The translations under genes and the position numbers were made by a program. Below the pieces are notes generated by a model. It was not told the origin of the DNA. It did no database searches and was given only the letters and a program-made list of their open reading frames with translations. This document shows, in pieces, positions 62,601-64,000 of a stretch of DNA of 64,000 bases. The stretch spans positions 222,385-286,384 of the forward strand of contig JAWKUM010000003.1 in NCBI GenBank assembly GCA_041398545.1, read 5' to 3'. The stretch's first letter is position 1; every line of letters starts with the position of its first letter. Source of the stretch: Planctomycetota bacterium (lineage in GTDB: Bacteria; Planctomycetota; UBA1135; GCA-002748355).

Positions 62601-64000
62601 TGCGTGTCGTGGGTGAACAGCTCCAGGAAGCGGCGGAACCCGTCGTCGAAGCGGCCGCGGGCGAAGGTCGCCCGCGCGGCCTTGAGCTGGACCTCGAAGG
62701 CCTCGTACTCGGCCTTCTCCTTGGCCTCGCGGACGCGCCGGCGCTCGGCCTCGACCTGGTCGATCAGGGCCTGGGCCTCCTTGGCCAGGCTCGAGCCCTC
62801 GGCCCGGGCGAGGGCCTGGCGGGCGAGCTTGACCGCCTCCTCCTTCTGCTCCTCGCTGCCGGTGACGAGGCCGCGGGCCTGCTCGAGCAGGCCCCGCGTC
62901 TCGTCACGGTCCTGGGACCTGCCGTACCACATGAACCCGGCGACCGCGAGGATCGCACCCACGACGCCGGCGGCGATCAGGCGCCGCGTGCGCTTGCTGA
63001 CGGCCGAGCGCAGGTCGCGGAGCTCGCTCCGGGCGCGCGGGTGGTTGGGCGCGATCCGCAGGACCTGCTCGAGGCAGTGCCCGTGCTCCCGGCTCTTGCC
63101 GGCCTTGCGGAACGAGGCCGCGAGCTTGAGCAGGAGCGCGACGGCCTCGTCCCCGCGGTGCAGGTGGGTCAGGACCTTGCTGCGCAGGATCGTGACCTTG
63201 AACTCGTCGACGCCGAAGGACTCGAGCTTGTCGAGCACGGCCAGGGACCGGTCGGGCTGGTCGCGCTGCAGCTCGAGCTCGGCCAGCTCGATGCCGATGT
63301 CGGCGAAGTCCTGGCGGCGCTGCTCGAACCGGTTCGGCCGCGCGTCGCGGCCGCGGGTCGGGGTCGGGTCCGCGGCCTCGTCGCCGGCCTCCGCGCCCTC
63401 GGCGTCGAGGGCGGCCTGGGGGTCGGCGTCGCCGGCGTCCGCCGCGGCCTGCGGCTCGGGCTGGAGGTCCCGGTCGTCCTCGTCGGCGTGGGCCTCCGGT
63501 CCCCGGGCCAGCCAGTCGGCCAGGCCGTCGAGGAGCTTGCCCAGGATCGCGGGGTTGCGCGGGTCGAGGCGCTTGGCCTTGTAGAGGTAGGCGAGCTTCT
63601 CGGCCTCGTCGACGACGAGGTCGGCGCACTCGGACATGGCCTTGCCGGCGTCCTTGGGCCGCCCGACGCGCAGCAGGATGTCCGACAGCATCTCGAGCTG
63701 CTCGAGCGACAGCGGGCGCCGGAACGTCGAGACGACGTTGAGGTAGAACGCCGCGCGCTTGACCTGCTCGGCGCTGATGTCGGCCTCGGCGAGGGCGAAC
63801 AGGTCCTCGGTCGGGACCTTCTCGATGAGCCCGCGGACCGACATGGTCTGCGCGGCCTTCATGACGTCGAACAGGCTGTGCGTCATCCCGCCGGCGATGT
63901 CCGACAGGCTGCGCGTGCCGTCGAGCTGGCTCAGCAGGGCCCGGTCGACCTCGGAGACGTCCTGGTGCTCGAGCCAGGCCGCCTCGGACGGGCGGAAGAC
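59690..64000 (-). CDS. Very large TPR-like / single-TM / coiled-coil / PEGA / PQQ-like beta-propeller protein; the 5' end probably lies beyond the window
   Basis: Track ORF 59690..63886 (1398 aa). The frame stays open and coding-like upstream to 64000 (...VFRPSEAAWLEHQDVSEVDRALLSQLDGTRSLSDIAGGMTHSLF...). One TM segment (LIAAGVVGAILAVAGFMWY), a long Glu/Arg/Leu-rich helical region, a PEGA-like ARLIVGGNPVGRTPMTLP, and C-terminal repeats of the type DGKVHGLRLSDGKQLWQ / DGKVRCISYDGSVSWE / LHAYGADDGTWMWE (BamB/PQQ-like). Confidence 0.8.
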   Translation of the reverse strand, partial: VFRPSEAAWLEHQDVSEVDRALLSQLDGTRSLSDIAGGMTHSLFDVMKAAQTMSVRGLIEKVPTEDLFALAEADISAEQVKRAAFYLNVVSTFRRPLSLEQLEMLSDILLRVGRPKDAGKAMSECADLVVDEAEKLAYLYKAKRLDPRNPAILGKLLDGLADWLARGPEAHADEDDRDLQPEPQAAADAGDADPQAALDAEGAEAGDEAADPTPTRGRDARPNRFEQRRQDFADIGIELAELELQRDQPDRSLAVLDKLESFGVDEFKVTILRSKVLTHLHRGDEAVALLLKLAASFRKAGKSREHGHCLEQVLRIAPNHPRARSELRDLRSAVSKRTRRLIAAGVVGAILAVAGFMWYGRSQDRDETRGLLEQARGLVTGSEEQKEEAVKLARQALARAEGSSLAKEAQALIDQVEAERRRVREAKEKAEYEAFEVQLKAARATFARGRFDDGFRRFLELFTHDTHKKRGEQIHGVFRELEEGLARELLDEVARSGTEPLPDPNAMHNEAERNQALEALQARFPEARRVAFRRFLELARLTLEKHHPFFSEEEVTTNASVLPGYSEELLGDFTEIDKNKEEVDKLAEVTKLISGQRAPGVDISKPLRTLDEDDLLRLAEAIKHGSPSARLLVAQEALMLADPTKLALLRILEDLAGYQAILVQSPTNVDPEQIRRQLTERLAAHPLHYRGELEQAERRFQEQVVRSRQLEDEETARILELRKAVQVLQAPGIDDQDRAKRLRELGFAQDRFEGRDLKTRIYDFVQVIADILERNAGHPRSMIAELSGLSEARGWATLATEARREHDRELMERLLDPEVQRQVKVAEVNEILAAEQGRRRFEPVKDELDALIGIYERLGSLHDFLAKEDGDNEMRLDALKDGQLELEVMLAGKNGRLQAIEWARRVGKGGAAARYSELLDRVEGLEDHLRNDLQAFTHTVQLDRIFKDAQLSFGQLDFKKALTNYRHLAKNVSDQAMREEFAQKAALCEKILSFLEKIEACGRSGDHRGSLIAYRDLLLAFPDLPFYKVVRLPLEVSSIPEGARLIVGGNPVGRTPMTLPMLAESGTEVRVELEGFDPVSFPSRTATDSRFLAHLELLATWKTSIEGTVTSPALCLPDKDLVVVTDRDGKVHGLRLSDGKQLWQRRFPGLSGEFDRPLAFGDVVVLVSREGVVRGLAPRDGATEWEVKVDEDVLFPVACLGRELALTTKTGKVLAMEPRAEARRRQLFASDELRVAPGSDGRSRLFVATTDGKVRCISYDGSVSWEMELANCGWASPFVAQGRVLVPTTTNKLHAYGADDGTWMWEADAGDDLRLGLAVDKAHVYVATRNKELRIFGLTDGKLRTKQELRAQPTAAPVLWPGGLILVPLDKQGGHLFRTEGAQPFCRLAAGKASEVPMLSAGEDRILFIAADGEVSLYPTAPMQALLEGAQAGPGK

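Overview
This is a 64-kb stretch of a very high-G+C bacterial chromosome. I found no rRNA, tRNA, CRISPR array, transposase or integrase. Because of the G+C content, most long ORFs in the six-frame track are Arg/Pro/Gly/Ala-rich shadow ORFs. I called genes only where a frame showed recognisable family motifs, strong G/C third-position bias and a sensible start (RBS or start/stop overlap).

Contents in order:
- purL (partial), a PilZ protein and ssb.
- A coiled-coil protein followed by a divergent actin-like ATPase.
- A MoaD-MoaE fusion, pepA, a lipoprotein and a GT39 (ArnT/PMT-like) glycosyltransferase.
- A frameshifted class-I aminotransferase.
- An envelope cluster: GT9, a UPF0104 flippase-like membrane protein, a B12-binding radical SAM enzyme and a DegT aminotransferase.
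- A visibly lower-G+C ~4.6-kb island encoding three secreted proteins (unknown, beta-helix, FG-GAP).
- pfk.
- A KaiC-like ATPase translationally coupled to a secreted metzincin.
- A histidine phosphatase.
- A Y-family polymerase + dnaE2 cassette broken by many frameshifts.
- Four tandem paralogs of an uncharacterised secreted beta-sandwich family, then another secreted protein.
- usp and an outer-membrane lipoprotein, then korAB.
- An intergenic region with two inverted 129-bp structured repeats.
- A STAS-PilZ protein divergent from a GAF-PP2C phosphatase.
- A dihydroorotase-like gene, membrane proteins and an NhaC antiporter.
- Two ~25-unit hexanucleotide arrays, then a frameshifted asnS.
- A PEP-CTERM protein and a >1400-aa coiled-coil/PEGA/beta-propeller protein that runs off the window.

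The best candidates for something new are the four-paralog secreted array (34.4-41.3 kb), the actin-like + coiled-coil pair (4.0-5.9 kb), the KaiC-like/metzincin operon (24.6-28.8 kb), and the non-coding repeat structures at 47.5-48.2 kb and 56.55-56.95 kb.

One caveat applies across the window. Several genes carry many frameshifts while neighbouring very long ORFs are intact. This means either real gene decay or region-specific assembly error. All family assignments come from motif recognition by eye; no searches were run.
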